Assembly (NCBI GenBank): GCA_002336245.1
Contig: DDDG01000024.1
Span: 45,794-109,793, forward strand
Reading direction: 5' to 3'
Origin: Flavobacteriales bacterium UBA1986
GTDB taxonomy: Bacteria > Bacteroidota > Bacteroidia > Flavobacteriales_G > Salibacteraceae
DNA length: 64,000 nucleotides
Below the pieces are notes generated by a model. It was given only the letters and a program-made list of their open reading frames with translations, searched no databases and had not been told where the DNA came from. The position numbers were made by a program, and so were the translations under genes. Below are positions 18,243 to 28,887 of this stretch, piece by piece (the first letter of the stretch is position 1; every line of letters begins with the position of its first letter).

Positions 18243-19163
18243 ATGAGTTTAAACGGTCGTTTGAAGGACGAACCTGCAGGCGCTAAACTCTTTTGGCTCC
18301 TCTTCATCTCTCTTGGGTTTTTCTTTGTGAGCGGCCTTCTTGCCCTCCTGTTGTCGGAGCCACTTTTTGGCATCGACATGATAGGAAACCCATCACTAGC
18401 TCGTGATTTTGGAGACCCCCAAGTGATTCGTGCGATGAAGTTTTCTCAAACGGTAAACGCCATTGGTTTTTTCATCATTCCGCCCATTCTATTTGCCTGG
18501 TTGTGCGGCACAGATTTGCGCAGCTTTTTTGGCCTTGGAAGACCGCTCAAATTATTTCCCATTGCAGCTGCGGTTCTTCTTGTAATTGCTGCTCTTCCTC
18601 TTGAAAACTTCGTGGCTACATTAAGTGACGCCATTCACTTTCCAGACATCATCGCTGGCTGGGAAACGAATTTGAGAAATATGCAAGAGGAAACGGAGCG
18701 CACTGTAGTCGCATTTCTAAAAATGGAGGATCTCGGTGACCTTGGCATCAATTTGATGATGGTTGCCTTACTCCCTGCCGTTGGTGAAGAAATGCTGTTT
18801 CGGGGTTGGTTTCAACCCTTGCTCATTCAGCGCTTTCGATCCGTTCACATGGGAATCTGGATTACCGCCGCACTGTTCAGCCTCATTCATATGCAGTTCT
18901 TTGCGTTTTTTCCACGCCTCATTATGGGAGCCGCCCTAGGCTATTTGTTCTACTGGTCGAGATCAATCTACCTTCCAATGCTCGCTCATTTCTTGAACAA
19001 TGCCCTGGCAATTCTCGCCCTCTATTTCATTCATCAGGGAAGCTTACCCGAAGGTGTGGAAGACACTGGAAGCGACAACATCATGCTTTTCAGTCTTTCC
19101 GCAGCCGCAGTAGCTGTAATCCTATTCGGGCTTCGGAGGTTCTACAACGAAGAAGGTCATTAA
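18243..19163 (+). CDS. CPBP (CAAX) family intramembrane glutamic endopeptidase
   Basis: EEMLFRGW and HFLNNAL motifs. Polytopic membrane protein. Confidence 0.8.
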   Translation: MSLNGRLKDEPAGAKLFWLLFISLGFFFVSGLLALLLSEPLFGIDMIGNPSLARDFGDPQVIRAMKFSQTVNAIGFFIIPPILFAWLCGTDLRSFFGLGRPLKLFPIAAAVLLVIAALPLENFVATLSDAIHFPDIIAGWETNLRNMQEETERTVVAFLKMEDLGDLGINLMMVALLPAVGEEMLFRGWFQPLLIQRFRSVHMGIWITAALFSLIHMQFFAFFPRLIMGAALGYLFYWSRSIYLPMLAHFLNNALAILALYFIHQGSLPEGVEDTGSDNIMLFSLSAAAVAVILFGLRRFYNEEGH

Positions 19164-19168
19164 ACGAA

Positions 19169-19199
19169 AAAACCCCATCAGTTAAACTGACAGGGTTTT
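19169..19199. terminator. Bidirectional intrinsic terminator-like hairpin between convergent CPBP and RND genes
   Basis: AAAACCC-CA-TCAGT / TAA loop / ACTGA-CA-GGGTTTT. This is 12 bp of stem with a 2x2 internal loop, an A-run on the left and a T-run on the right. Confidence 0.45.
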
Positions 19200-19220
19200 C
19201 ATGGTTGGTCGTGAATTGAA

Positions 19221-22200
19221 TCACTTGCTTGCCACGCGATAATTCAAGCGATGAACCAAATAGAACATCACAGGCACAATGATTAGTGTTAAGAAGGTGG
19301 CAAAAGTCAAGCCAAAGATGACCGTCCAAGACATCGGCCCCCAAAACATAACGTTGTCTCCTCCAAAGTAGATCTGCGGATCCCAATCTGAAAGAAGAGT
19401 AAAGAAATTGATGTTCATTCCCACCGCAAGTGGCAACAAACCAAGTACTGTGGTAATGGCCGTTAATAGTACCGGACGCAAACGAGTTGACCCAGAAGAT
19501 ACGATGCACTCAATGAGAAGTGGAACGCTTAAGAATTCCTTTGAATCCATGCCCAACTCTTCTTTCTTCCGAAGGATTGTCAGGTTGGTATAATCCAGTA
19601 AAACGATGGCATTGTTCACCACAATTCCCGCAAGCGAGATGATTCCTACCATGGTCATCATCACAACAAAATCCATTTGGAAGGCAACGAGTCCAAGGAA
19701 TACCCCGATGAGGCTGAACACAACAGAACCAATGATGATGAAAGGCTGGGCTGCAGAGTTGAACTGGCTCACCATGATTAGGAAGATTAAAAAGACAGCA
19801 ATCATCAGTGCGTTGCTCAAGAAAGCCATCTCCTTGGCCTGCTGTTCTTGCTGCCCAGTGAATTTAATTCCGTTCTCTTGCGGAAGGTCATAATCCACCA
19901 ATGCCTCTTTAATTTCTGCAACCACCTCGTTGGGGTTGTAGGTTTCCAGCACATTGGAAGAGACTGTGATCAATCGCTTCATATTCTTCCGCTTCACAGC
20001 CGAGAACGTGGCCGATTTAGCCCGAGAAGCCACAGCTGAAATAGGAACCTGTTGAATTTGTCCATTGGTTTGATCCCGGAAAGTGATCTTTTGGTCCATC
20101 AAAGCATCTGCATTGTAGCGATACTCATCCGCCAATCGAACCATGATTGGATAATCGTCTTCCCCCTTTTTAAAGGATGACAATTCCATTCCGAACAAAG
20201 CATTCCGCAAGGCCATTCCAATTTGCCCTGTAGAAAGATTCAGTCTTCTTGCTTTCGCGCGATCGATTTCCACCGTCATTTCAGGCTTCCCAACTTCAAC
20301 GTCGAGTTTCAATTCTTCAATTCCTGGAATGTTTTTCGAATCGATGAAGCGCTTCACGTTCGTCGCTTCCGCTAGGAGCTGGTCGTAGTCGTCGCCCGTC
20401 ACTTCAATTTGAACTGGCTTTCCTGTCGGAGGTCCCGCAGCATCTTTGTCTACTGTGATTTTTAAACCGGGAACTCCGCGAACCAATGAGCGAACTTCTT
20501 CCATTACATCCCCGGTCATTTGACCACGTCTGAATTGGAACTGAGCAAAGGAAATAGTAACACGTGCTTTATGAGGTGTGTTGGCCATTGAAGGGCCTTG
20601 AGCCGGGTCAGAAGTTCCAGCTCCTACTTGAGCAATCACAGACTCAATTAAATAATTGTGTGTGCGCTCTGTTCCATTAACCGTTTCAATCACCTCGAAT
20701 TTCGCAGCGTAATCCAAAACTCTTTTCTCGATGACCTTAGTCGCTTCATTCACCTTTTCAATGTCGGTACCAATTGGAGCCTCAATGAAAATGTTCACGT
20801 AATTCGGTTGGTTCACTGGGAAGAAAATCACCTTTGGGCTGAAGACTCCCAGCAACATGAAACTAAAGATTAAGAGTCCAAAAGTTCCGATGAAATAGTA
20901 AATCGGATTTCTTCCTTTCAAGGCAGAAGAGAGGAACTTCCGATACCCATCTTCCATCCAAGGCAAAATTCTGCCTTGGAAAAACTTCGTTCCAGGAATG
21001 AGTAAAAACTTGTTCATGAGACCAAGCACACCGCCAATAATGAGCAAGTTCCCAATCACTGGTTTTCCAGCTGCAACGATCAAAGCTCCAAAGACAATTA
21101 GAAAGGCAACTACCATATAGAGTTTTCTCATGTTGGTAGGATCCTCTTTAATCTTCATGTACATTGAGGTGAGAACCGGGTTGATGACCAAAGCCACAAA
21201 CAAGCTTGAACCGAGTACAATCATTAAGGTGAAAGGCATATAAAACATGAACTGCCCCATGATGCCCGGCCATACAGCCAATGGTAAGAAGGCGGCGAGA
21301 GTCGTTGCTGTAGAAGCAATGATTGGCAAGGCGACCTCACCAACACCTAGCTTGGCAGCTTCCCAAGAATCGTATCCCTCGTCCATGAGTCGGTAAATGT
21401 TTTCTACCACAACGATTCCGTTGTCGACCAGCATTCCTAAGGCCAAAACCAAAGAGAAGAGGACCATCATATTGAGTGTAACTCCAGCTGCGCCCAAAAT
21501 CATGAATGCCATGAACATGGACATTGGAATTGCCACCCCAACAAACAAGGCGTTTCTGAGACCAAGGAAGAAAAGAAGCACTAGAATTACGAGGAGCATA
21601 CCGAAGATGATGCTGTTTTCCAGCTCTCCTACTTGGGTTCTCGTAAACTTCGATTGGTCGTTCGTGATGGTCACTTGAAGATCTTCAGGAAAGTCGTTCG
21701 CCATCGCATCTTCTAGGATTACGGTGATCTGGTCGGCCGCATTGATGAGATTCTCACCTGCCCGTTTCTTCACATCCACCATCACAACTGGCGCAGTATA
21801 CTCACGAGCATAGGATTCTTTTTCCTCATCCTCAAAAACAACTTCAGCAATGTCCTTTAGGTAGACAATGTTGGCTTTCTCTCTTTTGATTATGACGTTT
21901 CCAAGCTCTTGGGCACTTTGAAACTCACCAACCACACGCACGGTTCTTCTTAGATTATCGTCGAGGATTTCACCACCCGAAATCGTCATGTTCTCGTTGT
22001 TGATGGCTGCAGAAATGTCGTTGAAGCTGATCTCGCTCGCCTCCAATTTCATCATGTCGACGTTTACCTTCATTTCTTTGTCTTGTACACCGCGGATGTC
22101 GACTTCAGAGATTTCAGGAAGGATCTCAATTCTATCCTCGAGCACTTCGGCGTACTTCTTCAATTGGTCCAGTGAGTAGTTCCCCGAAAGGTTGATGTTC

Positions 22201-22667
22201 ATCACAGGCGTCAATTCCGAAATGTTCATTTCAAAAATGTTTGGATCTGCGGGTAGGTCGGTGGGGAACTCTGAATCGCTCATAGCGGCATCCACCTTAT
22301 CCTTCACTTTTCTCAAAGCCTCTTCCGGGGTAACGCTGAAATCGAATTCGACTGAGATGGTTGAATATCCCTGCACGGAAGTCGAGGTTAGCTTATCGAT
22401 TCCAGTAATGGTCTTGATCTCCTTCTCGAGTGGACGTGTAATCTTCTTCTCAATATCGAGTGGCGAGTTTCCTGGATACGGCGTTCCAACATAAATCTGT
22501 GGAATTACTACTTCAGGAAAGCTCTCTCGAGCCATGTTTAGATAGGAGGTCAGCCCACCTATCAAAATGAGGAAGGTGATGACAATGACCGAAGTCCTGT
22601 TTTTAAGGGAAAGCGTTGAAAGCCCGAAGGACTTATTGTGTTCGCTTTTTGGAAGATTATCTGCCAT
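19221..22667 (-). CDS. RND efflux transporter permease (AcrB/HAE1-like)
   Basis: 1148 aa with 12 TM and two large periplasmic loops. Last gene of the tetR-tolC-MFP-RND operon. Confidence 0.95.
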   Translation of the reverse strand: MADNLPKSEHNKSFGLSTLSLKNRTSVIVITFLILIGGLTSYLNMARESFPEVVIPQIYVGTPYPGNSPLDIEKKITRPLEKEIKTITGIDKLTSTSVQGYSTISVEFDFSVTPEEALRKVKDKVDAAMSDSEFPTDLPADPNIFEMNISELTPVMNINLSGNYSLDQLKKYAEVLEDRIEILPEISEVDIRGVQDKEMKVNVDMMKLEASEISFNDISAAINNENMTISGGEILDDNLRRTVRVVGEFQSAQELGNVIIKREKANIVYLKDIAEVVFEDEEKESYAREYTAPVVMVDVKKRAGENLINAADQITVILEDAMANDFPEDLQVTITNDQSKFTRTQVGELENSIIFGMLLVILVLLFFLGLRNALFVGVAIPMSMFMAFMILGAAGVTLNMMVLFSLVLALGMLVDNGIVVVENIYRLMDEGYDSWEAAKLGVGEVALPIIASTATTLAAFLPLAVWPGIMGQFMFYMPFTLMIVLGSSLFVALVINPVLTSMYMKIKEDPTNMRKLYMVVAFLIVFGALIVAAGKPVIGNLLIIGGVLGLMNKFLLIPGTKFFQGRILPWMEDGYRKFLSSALKGRNPIYYFIGTFGLLIFSFMLLGVFSPKVIFFPVNQPNYVNIFIEAPIGTDIEKVNEATKVIEKRVLDYAAKFEVIETVNGTERTHNYLIESVIAQVGAGTSDPAQGPSMANTPHKARVTISFAQFQFRRGQMTGDVMEEVRSLVRGVPGLKITVDKDAAGPPTGKPVQIEVTGDDYDQLLAEATNVKRFIDSKNIPGIEELKLDVEVGKPEMTVEIDRAKARRLNLSTGQIGMALRNALFGMELSSFKKGEDDYPIMVRLADEYRYNADALMDQKITFRDQTNGQIQQVPISAVASRAKSATFSAVKRKNMKRLITVSSNVLETYNPNEVVAEIKEALVDYDLPQENGIKFTGQQEQQAKEMAFLSNALMIAVFLIFLIMVSQFNSAAQPFIIIGSVVFSLIGVFLGLVAFQMDFVVMMTMVGIISLAGIVVNNAIVLLDYTNLTILRKKEELGMDSKEFLSVPLLIECIVSSGSTRLRPVLLTAITTVLGLLPLAVGMNINFFTLLSDWDPQIYFGGDNVMFWGPMSWTVIFGLTFATFLTLIIVPVMFYLVHRLNYRVASK

Positions 22668-22694
22668 AATTGTATGTTTTTTCGCCCCGAAGGA

Positions 22695-23837
22695 TTAGTT
22701 AGAGAGCAATACGATTTCACCGTCGCGAATGGCTTTGCTGCCTTCAGCTACGATTGATTCTGTTCCTGTAAGACCGCTGGTGACGTGTGTTTTGCCATCG
22801 TACGACATTCCTGTAGAAACGCTGCGTCGAACCGTCTTGTAACTGTTTCCTGTTTTCTCCAAAACGTAAACGAAGTCTGAGCCATCAGGCAACTGTTGAA
22901 TCAGCGAAGAAGATAGAACGGCCACAGAATCGACGGAAAAGTCCCTAATGCGAACCTCTCCCAACAAATTCGGCTTCAATGAATTGTCGCGGTTGTTGAT
23001 GTTCAAACGAATTACAAAAGAGCGGTTGTTTGGGTTGATGTACTGACCAATTCTGGAGATCTTCGTTGCGAGAGTGCGCTCCAAGGATGGGAAGTATACA
23101 CCTACCGAATCACCCTCTTGGATTTTACTTAAGTAGCTTTCCGATACATCACACTTGATGTACATCTCATCTAAATTGATGATGCGCGCAACCGGACTCA
23201 TCGGACTTGCCATCTCTCCAACTTTCGGACGAAGCTCGTCGATGATGCCTGCAAAAGGCGCTTTTACGCTGTACATCGCCAACTGTGCCTTCAACGCTTC
23301 CAATCGTTGCTTCGTTGCATCCATGTTGTTCTTCGCCTCCAAGAATTGAATTTCAGAACCAATCTGTTGGTTCCATAAACTCTCTTGCTTTTTGAACACC
23401 ACCTCAGTCAAGTCATAGCGACTCTGGGTCTCATCGATGTTGTTTTGAAGGACCTTACTATCAATCGTAAGAATCACATTGCCTTTGTTCACCCGTTGGC
23501 CTTCTTTCACCCTAATGCTGGTGATTCTTCCTTGAACTTCAGGAACAATCACGGCGTTCTGATCCGTTTCTACATTTCCTTGAACCTTGAAAAAATGTGA
23601 AAAGGTGGTCGGTTGAAGGTCGACTGCAGTAACTACCGTAATTCTCTTTTCAATCGATGTATCCAAAGTAGCAATGCTCGATTCTAGGTCCGAGATCTGA
23701 GTTGAAATGCTCGCCTTGGCGTCTTTCAACGAATCTCGTTTGGCGGTTAGGACATCAATTTCGAATTCTGAAGATCCTTGGCACGAAAGGAAAAAGATCC
23801 CAGAAAGAAGGAGGATTGTTGTATTGATTGATTTCAT
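22695..23837 (-). CDS. RND efflux periplasmic adaptor (membrane fusion protein)
   Basis: 380 aa. Lipoprotein-like signal (FFLSC), coiled-coil hairpin and beta-barrel regions typical of the HlyD/AcrA family. Confidence 0.9.
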   Translation of the reverse strand: MKSINTTILLLSGIFFLSCQGSSEFEIDVLTAKRDSLKDAKASISTQISDLESSIATLDTSIEKRITVVTAVDLQPTTFSHFFKVQGNVETDQNAVIVPEVQGRITSIRVKEGQRVNKGNVILTIDSKVLQNNIDETQSRYDLTEVVFKKQESLWNQQIGSEIQFLEAKNNMDATKQRLEALKAQLAMYSVKAPFAGIIDELRPKVGEMASPMSPVARIINLDEMYIKCDVSESYLSKIQEGDSVGVYFPSLERTLATKISRIGQYINPNNRSFVIRLNINNRDNSLKPNLLGEVRIRDFSVDSVAVLSSSLIQQLPDGSDFVYVLEKTGNSYKTVRRSVSTGMSYDGKTHVTSGLTGTESIVAEGSKAIRDGEIVLLSN

Positions 23838-23848
23838 TTTGGTGGTGT

Positions 23849-25180
23849 TTATTGTCCGAGCGCTTGCTCTAATTTTATTTTAGCACTTAAGAGGTTGTAC
23901 ATAGCCCCGATGTAACGTCCTTGTGTTTGAATCAATTGAGTTTCGGCTTGAGTAAGCTCTAAGCTGCTCGCCATTCCCTCTTTGAATTTGATGCTTGTTT
24001 TGTTTCGAATTTTTTCCGCCAATTCGAGGTTCTTTTTCTCGTTGTTGTATTGACTAAGAGAATTGTAGAAGTCACTTCTCGAATTGCTTGCCTGCAATCG
24101 AATGCTCTGATCCAGTTGTTTCTTTTGAATCTCCATTTTATCAATGTCGATTTTATTCATCTGAACTTTTGACCGTGTTCCGAAGCTGGTGAATAATGGC
24201 ACATTCAAGTTGACTCCCCAAACCGTGTTTGGGAACCAAGTGCTGAAATCGAGCTCATTCCCAAAATTGTTTTGCTGATGACTGAAGAATGCGCGCAAGG
24301 TTGGCGCATAATTCGATTGCTCAACTCGTAGGCCGATGTTTTGAAGTTCAATTCCTTGATTGACCAACTTCATATCGAGGTGCTTCTCGGTGTTTACCGT
24401 TTCACTCAATAGGCCTTGAGCTTGGTTGATGTTGAGAACTGCTTCAAGTTCATCGGTGAGCTCAATTTCTTTATCAACTGGATAACCCATGCTCAATTTC
24501 AATCCACTCAAAGAACTCTGAACACGGTTTTCAGCATCTTTTAGAGAAGACTCAATTGTGGATTGCATGAGCTTAAGTTGATCTACATCCAATTCTTCCA
24601 CAAAGCCTTCAGCAAAAAAAGCTTTGGTTTCAGAAAGGCTCTTATCGATGTTCTTGTTGCTCTCTTTTAAAATTTCGAGATTCTTTTGAGCTGCGAGAGC
24701 TGAGTAATAGCTCATCAACACTTGGTCTTCAACATCGCGGCCGATTTTATCGTTTTCTACCTGAATGTAATTCGCGTAGGCTTTTGACGCCTTCAAGCCA
24801 TAGATATACCTTCCATCGAAAATCAACTGATTGGCCGAGAGCCCGTAGGAACTTAAAAATTCAGTTCCAAACTGCACTTCGACAAGCTCTCCAGCAGGTG
24901 CGCCAAAGAATTCTCCTGGCACCAGTTGAATTGGTATGTCCAAGAACTGTTGGAAGCTTCCACTCGCCTGAATTTGAGGCAAGCCCATGGCTTGGGTATT
25001 GATTACTTCCTGATGAGCCCGGTCAGAGTTCAATTCTCCAATTCGAATGTTGTAGCTGTTATTCTTCGCGAACGAAAGCGCCTCATCTAGGCTGAAGGCC
25101 TCTTTATTCTCACCCGCCGCTTGAGCAAAAGTCAAATGCGCGAGGCAAAAACTGAGAATGAATAAAATCGATTGTTTCAT
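23849..25180 (-). CDS. TolC family outer-membrane efflux protein
   Basis: 443 aa. Signal peptide and duplicated OEP repeat architecture. Confidence 0.9.
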   Translation of the reverse strand: MKQSILFILSFCLAHLTFAQAAGENKEAFSLDEALSFAKNNSYNIRIGELNSDRAHQEVINTQAMGLPQIQASGSFQQFLDIPIQLVPGEFFGAPAGELVEVQFGTEFLSSYGLSANQLIFDGRYIYGLKASKAYANYIQVENDKIGRDVEDQVLMSYYSALAAQKNLEILKESNKNIDKSLSETKAFFAEGFVEELDVDQLKLMQSTIESSLKDAENRVQSSLSGLKLSMGYPVDKEIELTDELEAVLNINQAQGLLSETVNTEKHLDMKLVNQGIELQNIGLRVEQSNYAPTLRAFFSHQQNNFGNELDFSTWFPNTVWGVNLNVPLFTSFGTRSKVQMNKIDIDKMEIQKKQLDQSIRLQASNSRSDFYNSLSQYNNEKKNLELAEKIRNKTSIKFKEGMASSLELTQAETQLIQTQGRYIGAMYNLLSAKIKLEQALGQ

Positions 25181-25818
25181 GATTGCTGTTTTTCTTTTTT
25201 GATCTTTTCTCGGAGAAACTCAACTCCCTTTTCACTCGCTATTCCGCGAATGTGATATCGGAACATTTCTAAATAGATGTCCTTCATCGAGAATTTGGCC
25301 CTTGGAAACATCTCTTGATTGAAGCATTGGTCCATGTGCGATAAATAGAATTTTGCGATGATCTCGGTATTCAGATTATTTCTGAAATAACCTTCCTTCA
25401 TTCCGCGCTCCATATTCTCAAGAAGCCAGTTGTAAACTGTTTCACTTTTATATTCTTCGAAAAGCCGCATAGCACCTGGGTAATGGCGTTGCATATCGAA
25501 CATCACAGAGGGGTGAATGTCGGATATGTGGTTCATAACAATCTTGCTAATTTCGTAGCTCTCATCAATGGCATTTAGCTTCCGATCAATGACCTCGAGA
25601 ATGAGATTGTATTCATGAACTTGAAAACCTTTCACACTCTGAATGAGCAGGTCCGACTTATCCTTGACATATTTATAAAGTGTCTTCTTAGAAATTCCAA
25701 GATTGCTAGCAACATCATCCATGGTGACGCTCTTTATACCTAGCGTCATGAAAATCTTCAGTGCACCCTGAATGATTTCCAAGTGTTTTTCGTCTATTGT
25801 TTCTAGCTCCTTTTTCAT
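25177..25818 (-). CDS. TetR/AcrR family transcriptional regulator
   Basis: N-terminal HTH (VTMDDVASNLGISKKTLYKYV). ATGA overlap with the tolC-like gene. Confidence 0.85.
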   Translation of the reverse strand: MKKELETIDEKHLEIIQGALKIFMTLGIKSVTMDDVASNLGISKKTLYKYVKDKSDLLIQSVKGFQVHEYNLILEVIDRKLNAIDESYEISKIVMNHISDIHPSVMFDMQRHYPGAMRLFEEYKSETVYNWLLENMERGMKEGYFRNNLNTEIIAKFYLSHMDQCFNQEMFPRAKFSMKDIYLEMFRYHIRGIASEKGVEFLREKIKKEKQQS

Positions 25819-25825
25819 TCGGCCG

Positions 25826-25833
25826 CAAATGTA
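25826..25833 (-). promoter_or_regulatory. Candidate -7 box (TACATTTG) of the tetR-efflux operon
   Basis: Exact TAnnTTTG on the minus strand, 7 nt before the tetR ATG. A TTTC lies 18 nt further upstream as a possible -33 element. Confidence 0.4.
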
Positions 25834-25840
25834 TATGTTA

Positions 25841-25855
25841 TTTCCACACTGGAAA
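25841..25855. promoter_or_regulatory. Candidate TetR operator, perfect palindrome TTTCCA-CAC-TGGAAA
   Basis: 6-3-6 perfect inverted repeat 23-37 nt upstream of tetR. It sits in the spacer / -33 region of the candidate promoter. Confidence 0.35.
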
Positions 25856-25958
25856 CGTTTTTTTACTTTTTTGTTTCTTATGTGACAAACGTGCGGAGTT
25901 CAATATGAGCGGTTGAAATCGATTCTCGTATTCTGGTAAGGGATATTGTTCAGGCGGC

Positions 25959-25966
25959 TACTTTTG
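25959..25966 (+). promoter_or_regulatory. Candidate -7 box (TACTTTTG) for asnS
   Basis: Exact TAnnTTTG 30 nt upstream of the ATG at 25997 and downstream of the ORF-track TTG start at 25946. Confidence 0.35.
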
Positions 25967-25996
25967 ATGCTCAATTCTTGTTATTTTGAACCGCAT

Positions 25997-27427
25997 ATGA
26001 GGAGAACGGAAATCGCCAAAGCAATTGGCGGAGAAAAGATTGGCGATAAGCTAAAAATCATGGGCTGGGTGCGCACCTTCCGGAGTAATCGCTTCATTTC
26101 TGTGAACGATGGAAGCACGATTAAAAACATCCAAGCGGTGGTTGATTTTGAAAACTTCGACGCGGAGCTCCTCAAGAGAATCACAACAGGAGCATCGGTA
26201 TCCGTCGAAGGATTGCTCGTAGAATCTCTGGGAAAAGGACAAGCTGTGGAACTTCAAGTCGAAAAGCTGGAGGTTTTAGGCGACAGCGACCCCGATAAAT
26301 TTCCACTTCAACCGAAAAGGCATTCACTAGAATTCTTGCGCGAAAACGCACACTTGCGTGCACGAACCAACACCTTCAGTGCAGTATTTAGAATTCGTCA
26401 TGCCGTGGCCTATGCCATCCACAAATATTTCAACGACGAAGGTTTTTACTACATCCACGCACCCATCATCACCGGATCTGACGCCGAAGGAGCTGGGGAA
26501 ATGTTTGCCGTGACCAACTTCGATCTCGAAAACCCACCGAAAAAAGATGGGGAAATCGATTACTCTCAAGACTTCTTTGGAAAAAAAACCAACCTGACAG
26601 TGAGTGGGCAGCTGGAAGCAGAACTAGCAGCCCTAGCGCTTTCTAAAGTCTACACTTTTGGGCCAACCTTCAGAGCAGAAAACTCCAACACGAGTAGGCA
26701 CCTAGCCGAGTTCTGGATGATTGAACCTGAAGTTGCTTTCGCCGACATCCTAGACAATATGGACTTAGCCGAAGGCTTCTTGAAATACGTGATCAAACAC
26801 GTATTGAAGCATTGCAAGGATGACCTAGAGTTCCTCGAGCAAAGAAAACAACAGGAAGAAAAAGGACTCCCAGAAGCGCAGAGAAGTGAGCTCGACCTCA
26901 TCGAGAGCTTGAATTTTGTAAGTGAAAATGACTTCGTCCGCTTAACTTATACTGAAGCAATTGATATTCTAAGAAACAGCAAGCCCAACAAAAAGAAAAA
27001 ATTCCAATACCTCATCGACGAGTGGGGGGCTGACTTGCAGAGTGAGCACGAACGGTTCCTTGTGGAGAAGCATTTCAAGAAACCGGTAATCCTTTACAAT
27101 TACCCGAAAGAGATTAAGGCTTTCTATATGCGCATGAACGACGACAATAAGACTGTTGCTGCCATGGACATTCTTTTCCCAGGAATTGGGGAAATCGTTG
27201 GTGGCTCACAACGGGAAGAGCGTTTGGAAGTGCTGAAAACTAAAATGGCGGAGTTCGACATCCCCGAAGACGAAATGTGGTGGTATCTTGACACCAGAAA
27301 ATATGGAACAGTTGTTCACTCTGGGTTTGGCCTAGGATTTGAAAGGCTGGTATTGTTCATTACAGGAATGGGGAATGTACGCGATGTGATTCCTTTCCCA
27401 AGAACACCAAAAAACGCAGAATTTTAG
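25997..27427 (+). CDS. asnS: Asparagine--tRNA ligase
   Basis: Class IIb aaRS. OB-fold N-terminus ([21 protein letters not shown]) and motifs [21 protein letters not shown] and GFGLGFERL. Start set at the ATG at 25997. Confidence 0.95.
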   Translation: MRRTEIAKAIGGEKIGDKLKIMGWVRTFRSNRFISVNDGSTIKNIQAVVDFENFDAELLKRITTGASVSVEGLLVESLGKGQAVELQVEKLEVLGDSDPDKFPLQPKRHSLEFLRENAHLRARTNTFSAVFRIRHAVAYAIHKYFNDEGFYYIHAPIITGSDAEGAGEMFAVTNFDLENPPKKDGEIDYSQDFFGKKTNLTVSGQLEAELAALALSKVYTFGPTFRAENSNTSRHLAEFWMIEPEVAFADILDNMDLAEGFLKYVIKHVLKHCKDDLEFLEQRKQQEEKGLPEAQRSELDLIESLNFVSENDFVRLTYTEAIDILRNSKPNKKKKFQYLIDEWGADLQSEHERFLVEKHFKKPVILYNYPKEIKAFYMRMNDDNKTVAAMDILFPGIGEIVGGSQREERLEVLKTKMAEFDIPEDEMWWYLDTRKYGTVVHSGFGLGFERLVLFITGMGNVRDVIPFPRTPKNAEF

Positions 27428-27434
27428 GTCGGTC

Positions 27435-28886
27435 ATGTTAAAACAAAACCTGCAACTAAAGCTTCTTCAAAAACTTTCTCCTCAGCAAATTCAGCTGATG
27501 AAGTTGCTGCAGGTACCTACTGTCGCCATCGAACAGCGTATAAAAGAGGAACTTGAAGTGAACCCCGCTCTTGATGAAGGTCGAGAGGAGCAAGATCAAG
27601 ACAACGACGAATACAACGAAGACGAGTATGGTGAGGTGAGTGAGGCTGAACAAGAGTTCGACTTCAATGAATACATGGACGACGATGTCCCCTCCTACAA
27701 AACGTATTCAAACAATTCCAGCCCCGACGACCAAGAAAAAAGTGTTCCCATCTCCATAGGCGACACCTTTCAAGAACGATTGGAGAGCCAACTCAACATG
27801 CACATCCTTACTGGTAAGCAAGGCGATTTGGCAAGACACATCATCGGTTCCTTAGATGAATCGGGCTATTTGAGAAGAGAAATCGCTGCCATCGTAGACG
27901 ACCTTGCCTTCACTCAAAACATTTATACCGACGAGCGCGCCTTGGAGGACGTATTAAAAATTGTTCAAGGCTTTGACCCGGCTGGTGTAGGTGCTCGTAA
28001 TCTTAAAGAATGCCTTGTATTACAATTAGCGAGAAAGACTCATCCAACCATTGAGCAGTACACCGCCAAGGTCATTTTGGAGGAGTGTTTCGACGAATTC
28101 ACCAAGAAACACTACGACAAGATTTGTGCGAAACTTGAAATTGAAGAAGACGACTTATCGGCGGCCTTGGATGAAATCACCAAACTGAATCCAAAACCAG
28201 GTAACTCGGCAAGCGATTCTTACAAACCGGTAGAGCACGTTGTTCCCGACTTCCTTCTAAACGTTGAAGACGGAGAGTTTAACTTGAGTCTCAATCAACG
28301 AAATGCGCCGGAGCTCAAAGTGAGCAAACAGTATTCTGAAATGATGGAGCACTATTCTTCCATCAAGGGTACACCCACCAAGTCCGACAAAGAAGCTGCA
28401 CAGTTTGTGAAGCAAAAACTGGACTCCGCAAAGTGGTTCATCGACGCCATCAAGCAGCGCCAGCAGACGCTTCTGAGAACGATGAATACGATCTTGGAAT
28501 ATCAACGCGAGTACTTTTTGACTGGTGATGAAACCAAATTGAAGCCGATGATCCTGAAGGACATTGCCGACATCATTCACATGGACATATCCACGGTGAG
28601 TAGGGTGGCCAACAGCAAGTACATCCAAAGTCCCTACGGCACGTTCCTTTTAAAATCCTTTTTCAGCGAATCACTTACCACAACTTCCGGAGAAGAAGTT
28701 TCTACTCGAGAAGTCAAGAAAATTCTTCAAGACCTCATTGAAGCCGAAGAGAAAAAACGCCCGCTCACTGACGAACGTCTTGCGCAATTCCTGAAAGAAA
28801 AAGGATACAACATTGCCCGACGCACCGTGGCAAAATACCGCGAACAACTCAACATTCCTGTAGCACGATTGAGAAAGGAAATCTGA
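27435..28886 (+). CDS. rpoN: RNA polymerase sigma-54 factor
   Basis: 483 aa. Gln/acidic-rich region I and the RpoN box ARRTVAKYR near the C-terminus. Confidence 0.95.
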   Translation: MLKQNLQLKLLQKLSPQQIQLMKLLQVPTVAIEQRIKEELEVNPALDEGREEQDQDNDEYNEDEYGEVSEAEQEFDFNEYMDDDVPSYKTYSNNSSPDDQEKSVPISIGDTFQERLESQLNMHILTGKQGDLARHIIGSLDESGYLRREIAAIVDDLAFTQNIYTDERALEDVLKIVQGFDPAGVGARNLKECLVLQLARKTHPTIEQYTAKVILEECFDEFTKKHYDKICAKLEIEEDDLSAALDEITKLNPKPGNSASDSYKPVEHVVPDFLLNVEDGEFNLSLNQRNAPELKVSKQYSEMMEHYSSIKGTPTKSDKEAAQFVKQKLDSAKWFIDAIKQRQQTLLRTMNTILEYQREYFLTGDETKLKPMILKDIADIIHMDISTVSRVANSKYIQSPYGTFLLKSFFSESLTTTSGEEVSTREVKKILQDLIEAEEKKRPLTDERLAQFLKEKGYNIARRTVAKYREQLNIPVARLRKEI

Positions 28887-28887
28887 C

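Noticed and set aside
19408-22494. Several 60-100 aa plus-strand ORFs opposite the RND permease gene.
   Set aside because: They are antisense shadows of a 1148-aa gene with unmistakable AcrB-like sequence. They show no independent start context or motifs.
25946-25996. TTG-initiated 17-aa N-terminal extension of asnS proposed by the ORF track.
   Set aside because: The extension ([17 protein letters not shown]) is not AsnRS-like. A TAnnTTTG box lies downstream of the TTG. The ATG at 25997 gives a normal N-terminus.
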